A stretch of DNA of 9,869 bases from Candidatus Iainarchaeum sp. Lineage in GTDB: Archaea > Iainarchaeota > Iainarchaeia > Iainarchaeales > 0-14-0-20-30-16. Below, one piece after another: positions 1 to 5,619 of the stretch (positions within the stretch are counted from its first letter, which is position 1; the number at the start of each line of letters is the position of its first letter). The notes under the pieces were generated by a model. That model ran no database searches. It saw only the letters and a list, made by a program, of their open reading frames with translations, and was not told where the DNA came from. Location: positions 1-9,869 of the forward strand of contig CAIWXP010000180.1 in the NCBI GenBank assembly GCA_903916665.1, in the 5' to 3' direction. The position numbers and the translations under genes were made by a program.

Positions 1-47
1 ATACTCGCTCTCAAGGCGAGCGCATTAGACCACTCTGCCATCCCTGC
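1..47 (-). tRNA. tRNA-Ser(UGA), 5' part only; the 3' part lies beyond the window start
   Basis: The reverse complement reads GCAGGGA-TG-GCA-GAGTGGTCTAA-TGC-G-CTCGC-CTTGAGA-GCGAG-TAT. This gives a 7-nt acceptor 5' arm, U8, a 3-bp D stem (GCA/TGC) with the long GG-containing D loop typical of class II tRNAs, and a 5-bp anticodon stem. The 7-nt loop has U33 and anticodon TGA. The variable arm and T arm are cut off by the window edge. Confidence 0.8.
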
Positions 48-160
48 CTACGCTTTTTTAAAAAGCTTAGTGTAGAAGATTGTGTTCTGTTGAACAAAAT
101 CTTTTACAAAGTGTTTGAAGCTAAAGCTTACAAGCACAAGTTCGCCAAAAGCGTTAACAA

Positions 161-180
161 ATTTTCTTTGAAAAGAAAAT
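161..180. repeat. Perfect 20-nt palindrome ATTTTCTTTGAAAAGAAAAT in the tRNA spacer (potential 8-9 bp hairpin)
   Basis: 161-169 (attttcttt) is the exact reverse complement of 172-180 (aaagaaaat). The core TTTCTTTG(A)AAAGAAA is shared with the palindrome at 283-299. Function is unknown. Confidence 0.6.
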
Positions 181-282
181 CTTTTAACAATTTTAAAAGA
201 AACGCCTTTGACAGTTTTAACTTTTATGAGCCTAACAACGGCTTGCGAAGGCAAGAGCTTGTTAGAAACTTAATAAAGTTTT

Positions 283-299
283 GTTTCTTTGAAAGAAAC
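283..299. repeat. Perfect 17-nt palindrome GTTTCTTTGAAAGAAAC, located 8 nt beyond the 3' end of tRNA-Arg
   Basis: 283-290 (gtttcttt) is the reverse complement of 292-299 (aaagaaac). It has the same core as 161-180. Its position just downstream of the tRNA-Arg 3' end (307) on the minus strand fits a processing or termination hairpin, but no T-run follows it directly. Confidence 0.55.
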
Positions 300-306
300 T
301 GTATTA

Positions 307-380
307 TGACCCCAGTGGGACTCGAACCCACGGTCTTCAGCTTAGAAGGCTGACGCCTTATCCAACTAGGCTATGAGGCC
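307..380 (-). tRNA. tRNA-Arg(UCU), 74 nt, CCA not encoded
   Basis: The reverse complement folds as a full cloverleaf: GGCCTCA-T-A-GCCT-AGTTGGATA-AGGC-G-TCAGC-CTTCTAA-GCTGA-AGACC-GTGGG-TTCGAGT-CCCAC-TGGGGTC-A. The acceptor stem has 7 bp including two G-U pairs. The D stem has 4 bp, and the anticodon and T stems have 5 bp each. The anticodon loop has U33 and TCT, and the T loop is TTCGAGT. Confidence 0.93.
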
Positions 381-388
381 AAAATAGA

Positions 389-404
389 ATTAGAATATTC
401 TAAT
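389..404. promoter_or_regulatory. 16-bp perfect palindrome ATTAGAATATTCTAAT between tRNA-Arg and livH (candidate operator, speculative)
   Basis: 389-396 (attagaat) is the reverse complement of 397-404 (attctaat). The half-site TAGAAT also occurs as a direct repeat at 385-390 and 391-396. The palindrome lies 9-24 nt upstream of the tRNA-Arg 5' end, just inside an ATATATATA tract (405-416) that could be the tRNA TATA box. Confidence 0.3.
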
Positions 405-429
405 ATTATATATATAGGGGGTAATTAGA

Positions 430-437
430 TTTATAAA
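430..437 (+). promoter_or_regulatory. TATA-box-like element TTTATAAA upstream of livH
   Basis: The box centre is about 25 nt upstream of the livH ATG (459), and there is no SD-like purine run in between. This fits an archaeal-type promoter giving a leaderless or near-leaderless mRNA. TATA-like strings are common by chance in AT-rich DNA. Confidence 0.4.
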
Positions 438-458
438 GAATTCCTCATTTTTAATAGT

Positions 459-1325
459 ATGCTATTTCAAGTTTTTATAAATGCTTTGATTGTTGGTAGT
501 GTTTACGCTTTAGTTGCTGTAGGGTTTGTTTTGACCTATGTTGTAACAAGATTTGCTAATTTTGGCCACGGCGCAACCATAGGGATCGCAGCCTATACTT
601 TTTTAATTTTCTTTAACTATGTTGGTTGGCTAGGCGCATTTATTTTAGCAGTTTTATTTGCCATGGGTTTTAACTTTTTAGTTTATTATTTTTTGTATAA
701 AAGACTTATACGTGATAAGGCATCAAAAGTTATTTTATTATTAATTTCATTTGGTATAATGTTAGCCGTAGAAAGTTTATTGCAAATTATTTTTACTGCT
801 AGCCCAAGAAGAATTGATTTGCCTGTTGTTCAAGGCATGGATTTGTTTGGTGCAAAAATAACTTTGATTCAAATTTTAATTATTGTTATTACTGTTGCAA
901 TTTTAATTGCTGTTTGGATAATAATGAGAAAAACAAAATTTGGGACTGTGTTTAAAGCAGTTTCTGACAATCAAGAGTTAGCTGAGATTTATGGTATCAA
1001 TGCCGAAAAAATAATGCTATATTCTTTTTTAGTTGCCGGAATTCTTGGAGCAATTGCAGGAACAATAATCACATTAGAATATGTGTTAACACCAACACTA
1101 GGAACATTCTATATGATAAAAGGATTCATAGGAGCAGTAACTGGCGGACTAACTAGTGTGTATGGTTCTATTTTTGGAAGTTATTTAGTTGGTTTGTTCG
1201 AAAACTATGGTGCATGGTTTTTTTTAAGCACCTACAAAGATGCAATTGCATTCATATTGCTTTTCTTAGTTTTACTAATTAGACCTCAAGGTTTATTTGG
1301 AATAAAAAAAGGAATAAGAGAATAG
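459..1325 (+). CDS. livH: Branched-chain amino acid (HAAT family) ABC transporter permease, LivH-type
   Basis: This is a 288-aa polytopic membrane protein. Its N-terminus MLFQVFINALIVGSVYALVAVGFVLTYVVTRFANFGHG matches the LivH/BPD_transp_2 signature (..G..YAL.A.G......G..NFAHG..). It is hydrophobic throughout and ends in the conserved ..LL.RP.GLFG tail. Confidence 0.9.
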   Translation: MLFQVFINALIVGSVYALVAVGFVLTYVVTRFANFGHGATIGIAAYTFLIFFNYVGWLGAFILAVLFAMGFNFLVYYFLYKRLIRDKASKVILLLISFGIMLAVESLLQIIFTASPRRIDLPVVQGMDLFGAKITLIQILIIVITVAILIAVWIIMRKTKFGTVFKAVSDNQELAEIYGINAEKIMLYSFLVAGILGAIAGTIITLEYVLTPTLGTFYMIKGFIGAVTGGLTSVYGSIFGSYLVGLFENYGAWFFLSTYKDAIAFILLFLVLLIRPQGLFGIKKGIRE

Positions 1326-1345
1326 TTATAAAAAACTATTTTCTT
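1316..1345. terminator. Hairpin spanning the abutting convergent stop codons of livH and the PHP gene (candidate bidirectional terminator)
   Basis: 1316-1327 (aagagaatagtt) pairs with 1334-1345 (aactattttctt). That is 12 bp with one G-T wobble (1320/1341) and a 6-nt loop. The livH stop TAG (1323-1325) and the PHP stop (complement of 1326-1328) sit inside the stem. The plus-strand 3' arm is T-rich (ttttctttt). On the minus strand a T7 run (complement of 1304-1310) follows 5 nt after the stem. Confidence 0.45.
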
Positions 1346-2036
1346 TTAACCATTTGTATGCAAAAGGTATTGGATATTTCAGACCCCACAGATTGTGAGC
1401 GTCACTATTTATCATAATTAATTTTGCTTTTTCCAACATTTGTTTTAATAATTTCTCATTTTCACATTTTTTAATAAGGCTTTTACCATTTACTTCCAAA
1501 GGAATTTTGTGTTTGTTTGTAAATTCAGTTAATCTATCAATATCTAAATATGTTTCTAAGGGCGCAAAATGTAAATCTGGATAATAATTATGATCTAAGC
1601 AAGGATGTCCAATGCAAGTAATTTTATCTTTATATTTCAAAATTGCTTTTTCGTAGGCCTCATTTAATTGTTTATCTTTTCCTAAATAAATCCCTTGGTG
1701 TGCAGACAAAATAAATTTTTCAGATTTTTGTCCTTGAATATCAAAACAAACGTTGCCCTTAGCATCTAACAAATCTGCTTCAACACTAAAATTAACCTTA
1801 ACATTATTTTTTATATTTTGATAACTATTAACAGTATATCTACAAGTAGATTGGCAAACACCATATCTTTTTTTAGAGAATTCTAATTCTGCTTGACTAT
1901 GGTCACTAATAGTAATTTCCTTTAATTTCATTTTCCCAGCATATTCTACAATTTCTTCTATTGTATTAATTCCATCACTAAATGTACAGGAATGTATATG
2001 ATGGTCTGTATTCTTTGCATTAACTATTTTAAACAT
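1326..2036 (-). CDS. PHP-domain metal-dependent phosphoesterase (histidinol-phosphatase-like superfamily)
   Basis: The 236-aa protein carries the ordered PHP metal-binding motifs: DHHIHSCTFSDG (DxHxH..SDG), ISDHS, VEAD, SAH, IGHP, EVNG and NSDAH. The exact substrate cannot be told from the sequence. Confidence 0.8.
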   Translation of the reverse strand: MFKIVNAKNTDHHIHSCTFSDGINTIEEIVEYAGKMKLKEITISDHSQAELEFSKKRYGVCQSTCRYTVNSYQNIKNNVKVNFSVEADLLDAKGNVCFDIQGQKSEKFILSAHQGIYLGKDKQLNEAYEKAILKYKDKITCIGHPCLDHNYYPDLHFAPLETYLDIDRLTEFTNKHKIPLEVNGKSLIKKCENEKLLKQMLEKAKLIMINSDAHNLWGLKYPIPFAYKWLKENSFL

Positions 2037-2056
2037 ATTAAAATAAGAGCAAATTA

Positions 2057-2064
2057 ATTTATAT
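2057..2064 (-). promoter_or_regulatory. TATA-box-like element (minus strand ATATAAAT) upstream of the PHP gene
   Basis: The box centre is about 25 nt upstream of the PHP start codon (2036), with no SD between them. It lies in the 58-bp gap after binding protein 1. The minus-strand sequence just after that gene's stop is T-rich (CTTTCTTTTTCTTTATT), a plausible archaeal oligo-T terminator. Confidence 0.35.
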
Positions 2065-2094
2065 CTCTATTGCTAATAAAGAAAAAGAAAGACA

Positions 2095-3231
2095 TCAATT
2101 GATGTATTCTACTACCTTTGTTTCACCATAGATCAATTCCAATATATTAAATTCAATATTTTTTCTATCTCCATTAGAATCAAAGGTTATTTTTCCTGTT
2201 ACTCCATCATAGTTTGTAGTATATAAATAATTTTTAAGTTTTGTTGAATCTGTACTATTTATTTTTAATGAAGAATCAACAAGTAACATTACGCTGTCAT
2301 AAATGTATGGTGCGTAGGCCTGTGGTTCTCTACCATATATACTTTTGAACTTATTTTCAAATAAGCTATTTTTCCATAATTCTTTTTGAAAAGGAAACAA
2401 TATTTTTACAGGATAATTTTGTAAATATTTTTCTGAGTATATTGTAGGATCCGATAGTGGGTCTGCACCAATAATTGGTATTTTTGTTCCGCTTTCTAGA
2501 TATTGTTTGAAAAATATTTTATATTCTGAATTATATGCAAATACAAACAATACATCTGGATTTTTTAAATTCATTTTTTCAATTGATAATTTAAAATCAT
2601 TTGATCCTTGTGCAACTGCATCTTCAAAAATTATTTTTCCTCCTAATTTTTCAAAATTAGGTATTAATTCATCTCTTAAACCTTTTTGGAAATCACTTTG
2701 AATATAAATTATTCCTGCTGTTTTTGCATTATATTTTCTAATTGCAATTTCTGCAGCAATTCTTGCTTGATATATATCAGAAAAATTAGTTCTAAATATA
2801 TAATCTCCAGCTTCAGATATTTTTGGGTTTGTTGCAACACTTGCTATCAGCAAAGTTTTTGTTTCTTCTGCAATTGGTGCAACACCTAATACTTCTGAAC
2901 TACACATTGCAATTATTGCATCTGGTTTTTTTGTGGCTATTAATGTTTGTGCAGCAATTGCGGCATCTTTGCCATTACATTTTCCATCTTCTACAAAGAA
3001 TTCAACATTTATTTTTCTTTCAAGCAATTCTTTTTTTGCGATATCCAAAGCTTTTAAGGCGTCTTCGCCATAGCTTGCACCATCACCAGTTAATGGTGCA
3101 ATTAGACCTATCTTTAATACTTTATTTTCATTGGCCAAACCAAATAATCCTGTTGTATTAGTTCCAATTAACACTAAAACTCCAATTATTATTGCTAATG
3201 CTATAATACCAATTAATATTTTTTTGTTCAT
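2095..3231 (-). CDS. LivK/Peripla_BP_6-type ABC substrate-binding protein 1, with N-terminal membrane anchor or signal
   Basis: Family hallmarks are LKIGLIAPLTGDGASYG, EDGKC...AMCSSE (conserved Cys pair), AGDYIFR, FEKLGGKI and YDGVTGKITFDSNGD. The N-terminus MNKKILIGIIALAIIIGVLVLIG is a hydrophobic anchor without a lipobox Cys. I moved the start from the ORF-track 3276 to 3231 for two reasons. A GGAGG (complement of 3238-3242) sits 6 nt upstream of this ATG. MNKKIL also aligns with the N-termini of the two paralogs. Confidence 0.88.
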   Translation of the reverse strand: MNKKILIGIIALAIIIGVLVLIGTNTTGLFGLANENKVLKIGLIAPLTGDGASYGEDALKALDIAKKELLERKINVEFFVEDGKCNGKDAAIAAQTLIATKKPDAIIAMCSSEVLGVAPIAEETKTLLIASVATNPKISEAGDYIFRTNFSDIYQARIAAEIAIRKYNAKTAGIIYIQSDFQKGLRDELIPNFEKLGGKIIFEDAVAQGSNDFKLSIEKMNLKNPDVLFVFAYNSEYKIFFKQYLESGTKIPIIGADPLSDPTIYSEKYLQNYPVKILFPFQKELWKNSLFENKFKSIYGREPQAYAPYIYDSVMLLVDSSLKINSTDSTKLKNYLYTTNYDGVTGKITFDSNGDRKNIEFNILELIYGETKVVEYIN

Positions 3232-3353
3232 TCCATCCCTCCTTGAGTAAAACAATAATATTATATTGGATTTCAAGGAGTATTTATCACTAAACAGAGT
3301 ATTTTTTAATGAAAAACGAATATTTTATATACTTTATTAGGTTTATATTAAAT
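3232..3353. promoter_or_regulatory. 122-bp divergent promoter region of cassette 1
   Basis: It contains the binding-protein SD (3238-3242, minus strand) and a TTTATATA box at 3324-3331, centred about 26 nt before the regulator ATG at 3354. A TATTTTTT element at 3300-3307 lies 24 nt upstream of that box. Minus-strand TATA candidates lie at 3260-3267 and 3281-3287. Confidence 0.5.
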
Positions 3354-4382
3354 ATGCTTAAAGATTTAGATTCTCAAGATAAACTACTTTTATATCTATT
3401 AGATCGAAATAGTAAATTACCATTAAGTTCTTTGGCAAAACAAATTAAATTATCAAGAGAAAGTGTATTGTATAGATTAAATGGTTATTTTAGAAAAGGA
3501 ATAATTAGAAATTATTTACCAGTTATTGATATGGGAAAAATAGGTTATACCCATTATAAAGTATTTATTAAATTATCAAATATTACTTTTGATGAAGAAC
3601 AAAATTTTTTAAAACATTTAATTGAAAATTCAAATGTTACCTGGGTTGGTAGCTGTGATGGTATATATAATTTAATTTTTGCATTGCGTGCAAAATCATC
3701 ATTAGACGCATCAACAATAGTAGATAAAATAAATGAAAAATATGGTAAATATATTAAGCAACAAGATATTACTACAATAGTAAATGCGACACACTATTAC
3801 AGGGATTATTTAATAAAGGATTTTGATAAAACAAAATTAAAGCAAATTTTTAAAGAAGAAATAAAATGGACTGAGGCCAAAGATCCTAAAGAATTAGATG
3901 ATGTTGATTATGGTATTTTAGACCTGTTGTCAAGAAATGTAAGAACACCATCAACAGAAATTGCAACTAAATTAAAAGTCTCGCCAGATACTATAATATT
4001 ACGAATAAAAAGATTAGAAAAACAAAAAATATTGCAACATTATACAATTTGGCCAAATGTAAATAACCTAATTGGAAATTATTATAAAGTTTTAGTTAAT
4101 TTTAAAAATATAAATTTAGATTTAGAAAAAAGAGTTTTAAACTTTTGTAGATTGCACCCAAATATAGTCTATGTTCCCAAAGTATTTGGGCCCTGGCAAT
4201 ATGAATTTGATTTTGATGTTGAAAGCCCAGACCAATTAAGAGAGTTTATGCGTGATTTTTCAAATAAGTTTGAAGAAAATATATTGGAATATAATGCATT
4301 GAACATATATCAAGAGTATAAGTATAGGTTTTTTGATATTGGTGCCGTTAAAGAGAAAAAAGAAAAGAAAAATAGAGATTAA
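3354..4382 (+). CDS. Tandem (double) Lrp/AsnC-family transcriptional regulator 1, HTH-RAM-HTH-RAM in one chain
   Basis: The N-half is DKLLLYLLDRNSKLPLSSLAKQIKLSRESVLYRLNGYFRKGII (AsnC-type HTH) followed by a beta-alpha-beta-beta-alpha-beta segment (YKVFIKL...NLIFALRA...). The C-half is VDYGILDLLSRNVRTPSTEIATKLKVSPDTIILRIKRLEKQKIL followed by YYKVLVNFKN...HPNIVYV...YEFDFDV. The start is placed at 3354 (M16 of the ORF-track protein) by alignment with the paralogs and by the TATA box at 3324-3331. The ORF-track extension translates the promoter. Confidence 0.82.
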   Translation: MLKDLDSQDKLLLYLLDRNSKLPLSSLAKQIKLSRESVLYRLNGYFRKGIIRNYLPVIDMGKIGYTHYKVFIKLSNITFDEEQNFLKHLIENSNVTWVGSCDGIYNLIFALRAKSSLDASTIVDKINEKYGKYIKQQDITTIVNATHYYRDYLIKDFDKTKLKQIFKEEIKWTEAKDPKELDDVDYGILDLLSRNVRTPSTEIATKLKVSPDTIILRIKRLEKQKILQHYTIWPNVNNLIGNYYKVLVNFKNINLDLEKRVLNFCRLHPNIVYVPKVFGPWQYEFDFDVESPDQLREFMRDFSNKFEENILEYNALNIYQEYKYRFFDIGAVKEKKEKKNRD

Positions 4383-4392
4383 TTCTCTATTT
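4370..4392. terminator. Hairpin over the overlapping convergent stop codons (TTAA) of regulator 1 and binding protein 2, flanked by an A-tract and a T-tract
   Basis: 4370-4378 (aaatagaga) is the exact reverse complement of 4384-4392 (tctctattt), with a 5-nt loop TTAAT (4379-4383). The loop holds the regulator stop TAA (4380-4382) and the binding-protein stop (complement of 4379-4381). The upstream flank is A-rich (aagagaaaaaagaaaagaa) and the downstream flank is T-rich (ctatttgttttgtt). This is the layout of a bidirectional intrinsic-type terminator. Confidence 0.45.
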
Positions 4393-5500
4393 CTATTTGT
4401 TTTGTTAATGCATTGATTATTTTTTTATCTGTGAATTTAATTCCTTGCACATCTCCTAAATTATCGAAGTAATAATTTCCTATAACTCCTGAGTATTTTA
4501 CAGTATATAGATAATCTTTTATGCAATCTGTATTTTCATCACATTGTTTTATTGCGTCAGTTAAAAGATATAATGAGTCGTAGGTTGCACCAGAAAAATA
4601 ATCACTTATTTTTGGAGTATATTTTTGCAAAAATAATTTAACTAAATTATTATTTTGATTTAATATTGGGGTATCAACATATTCTAAACCATTTAATGAT
4701 TCTTTTCCTGCATCTAAAGCATCCTGTCCATTAAATTGCGCAGTTCCAAAAAAAGGGATTAATAAATTTAATTCTTTGGCCTGTTTTACTATTAAACCAC
4801 CTTTTAATGCTGATTGAGGAACAATAAATAATGCATCACTAGTTGAATCTTTAATTTTGGTTAGCTGTGTTAAAAAATCATTTGATTCTGTATTATATTT
4901 TTGCAGAGTTAAAATCTTTCCGCCCAATTCATTAAATCTTTTTGTAAATATTTCAACAACACTATTTGCATATTCAGTATTTTCAGAAATAATTGCAATA
5001 TTTTTATATCCTTTAGAATATATTAATTCTGCGCTTGCTTTTCCTAAAATACTTTCAGAAGGATAATTTCTAAAAACATAGTCTCCTGCATTTGAAACTG
5101 CTGCACTAGATGATCCTGTTGAAAATAATATAACTTTATTTTTTTCAGTAATTGGTGCAGCAGCTAATGTTTCGGAACTACAAACTCCACCAATAATAAT
5201 TTTAACGTTATCTACATCAATTAATTTTTCAGTAGCTTTTGCAGCTTCTGCGCTATCACATTTCGAATCTTCATAAAATAATTCTATTTTTTGTCCATTT
5301 AATTCATTGTTAGTATTTATTTCTGCTTTGGCAATTTCTAAAACAGATCTAACTTCTTGACCATAGGATCCTACATCACCACTTAACGGCGCAATAACTC
5401 CTATTTTAATAGTTTTATTAGAGCTGTTTGAAAATGCAAAAGTTAATATTCCAATAATTAAAATTCCAATAATACAAATTGTTAATACTTTATAATTCAT
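4379..5500 (-). CDS. LivK/Peripla_BP_6-type ABC substrate-binding protein 2, with N-terminal membrane anchor or signal
   Basis: Family hallmarks are IKIGVIAPLSGDVGSYG, EDSKC...GVCSSE, AGDYVFR, FNELGGKI and YSGVIGNYYFDNLGD. The N-terminus MNYKVLTICIIGILIIGILTFAF is hydrophobic. A GGAGG (complement of 5507-5511) sits 6 nt upstream of the ATG (5500). Confidence 0.9.
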   Translation of the reverse strand: MNYKVLTICIIGILIIGILTFAFSNSSNKTIKIGVIAPLSGDVGSYGQEVRSVLEIAKAEINTNNELNGQKIELFYEDSKCDSAEAAKATEKLIDVDNVKIIIGGVCSSETLAAAPITEKNKVILFSTGSSSAAVSNAGDYVFRNYPSESILGKASAELIYSKGYKNIAIISENTEYANSVVEIFTKRFNELGGKILTLQKYNTESNDFLTQLTKIKDSTSDALFIVPQSALKGGLIVKQAKELNLLIPFFGTAQFNGQDALDAGKESLNGLEYVDTPILNQNNNLVKLFLQKYTPKISDYFSGATYDSLYLLTDAIKQCDENTDCIKDYLYTVKYSGVIGNYYFDNLGDVQGIKFTDKKIINALTKQIEIEN

Positions 5501-5619
5501 AATAATCCTCCGTTTTCTAAAAGTTATTATTTTTTGAGTAATTCTTATATGTAAAACTTATGTTCTATTTTTTGTAATTAATGACTATATTTATATATAT
5601 TTTGTTATTTATTACTAAT
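5501..5619. promoter_or_regulatory. 119-bp divergent promoter region of cassette 2
   Basis: It contains the binding-protein SD (5507-5511, minus strand) and a TTTATATA box at 5590-5597, centred about 26 nt before the regulator ATG at 5620. TATTTTTT at 5566-5573 lies 24 nt upstream of the box, the same spacing as in cassette 1. GTTCTATTTTT (5562-5572) is shared with cassette 3. A minus-strand TATA candidate lies at 5545-5554. Confidence 0.5.

Noticed and set aside
48-254. ORF-track 68-aa minus-strand ORF in the tRNA spacer (MPSQAVVRLIKVKTVKG...).
   Set aside because: Read on the sequence, it starts with TTG rather than ATG and has no SD or TATA box at a sensible distance. Its stop abuts the tRNA-Ser 5' end. 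The product is a low-complexity Lys/Phe/Val-rich peptide, as expected from translating AT-rich non-coding DNA. I recognise no family motif.
90-353. ORF-track 87-aa plus-strand ORF (MNKIFYKVFEAKAYKHK...).
   Set aside because: Its last ~47 nt (307-353) run antisense through the tRNA-Arg gene (the ...TPVGLEPTVFSLEG part is the tRNA read backwards). The rest is low-complexity Lys/Phe-rich sequence, so it is most likely spurious.
2507-3161. Three overlapping plus-strand ORFs (2507-2701, 2686-2889, 2823-3161) antisense to binding protein 1. Similar antisense ORFs lie at 4857-5066, 5565-5855, 6308-6523, 9020-9262 and 9613-9807.
   Set aside because: All are shadow ORFs inside, or out of frame with, well-supported genes. 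They have low-complexity Leu/Phe/Cys/His-rich products, no start-site signals and no recognisable motifs.
3232-3276. N-terminal extension of binding protein 1 in the ORF track (MKSNIILLFYSRRDG).
   Set aside because: The extension translates straight through the GGAGG ribosome-binding site (the SRRDG part). It has no counterpart in the two paralogs, whose N-termini align with MNKKIL at 3231.
3309-3353. N-terminal extension of regulator 1 (MKNEYFIYFIRFILN). Regulator 2 has an analogous one at 5581-5619 (MTIFIYILLFITN).
   Set aside because: Both extensions translate the TTTATATA promoter boxes and are hydrophobic junk with no equivalent in regulator 3. The internal Met codons at 3354 and 5620 give N-termini that align across all three paralogs and share identical upstream spacing.
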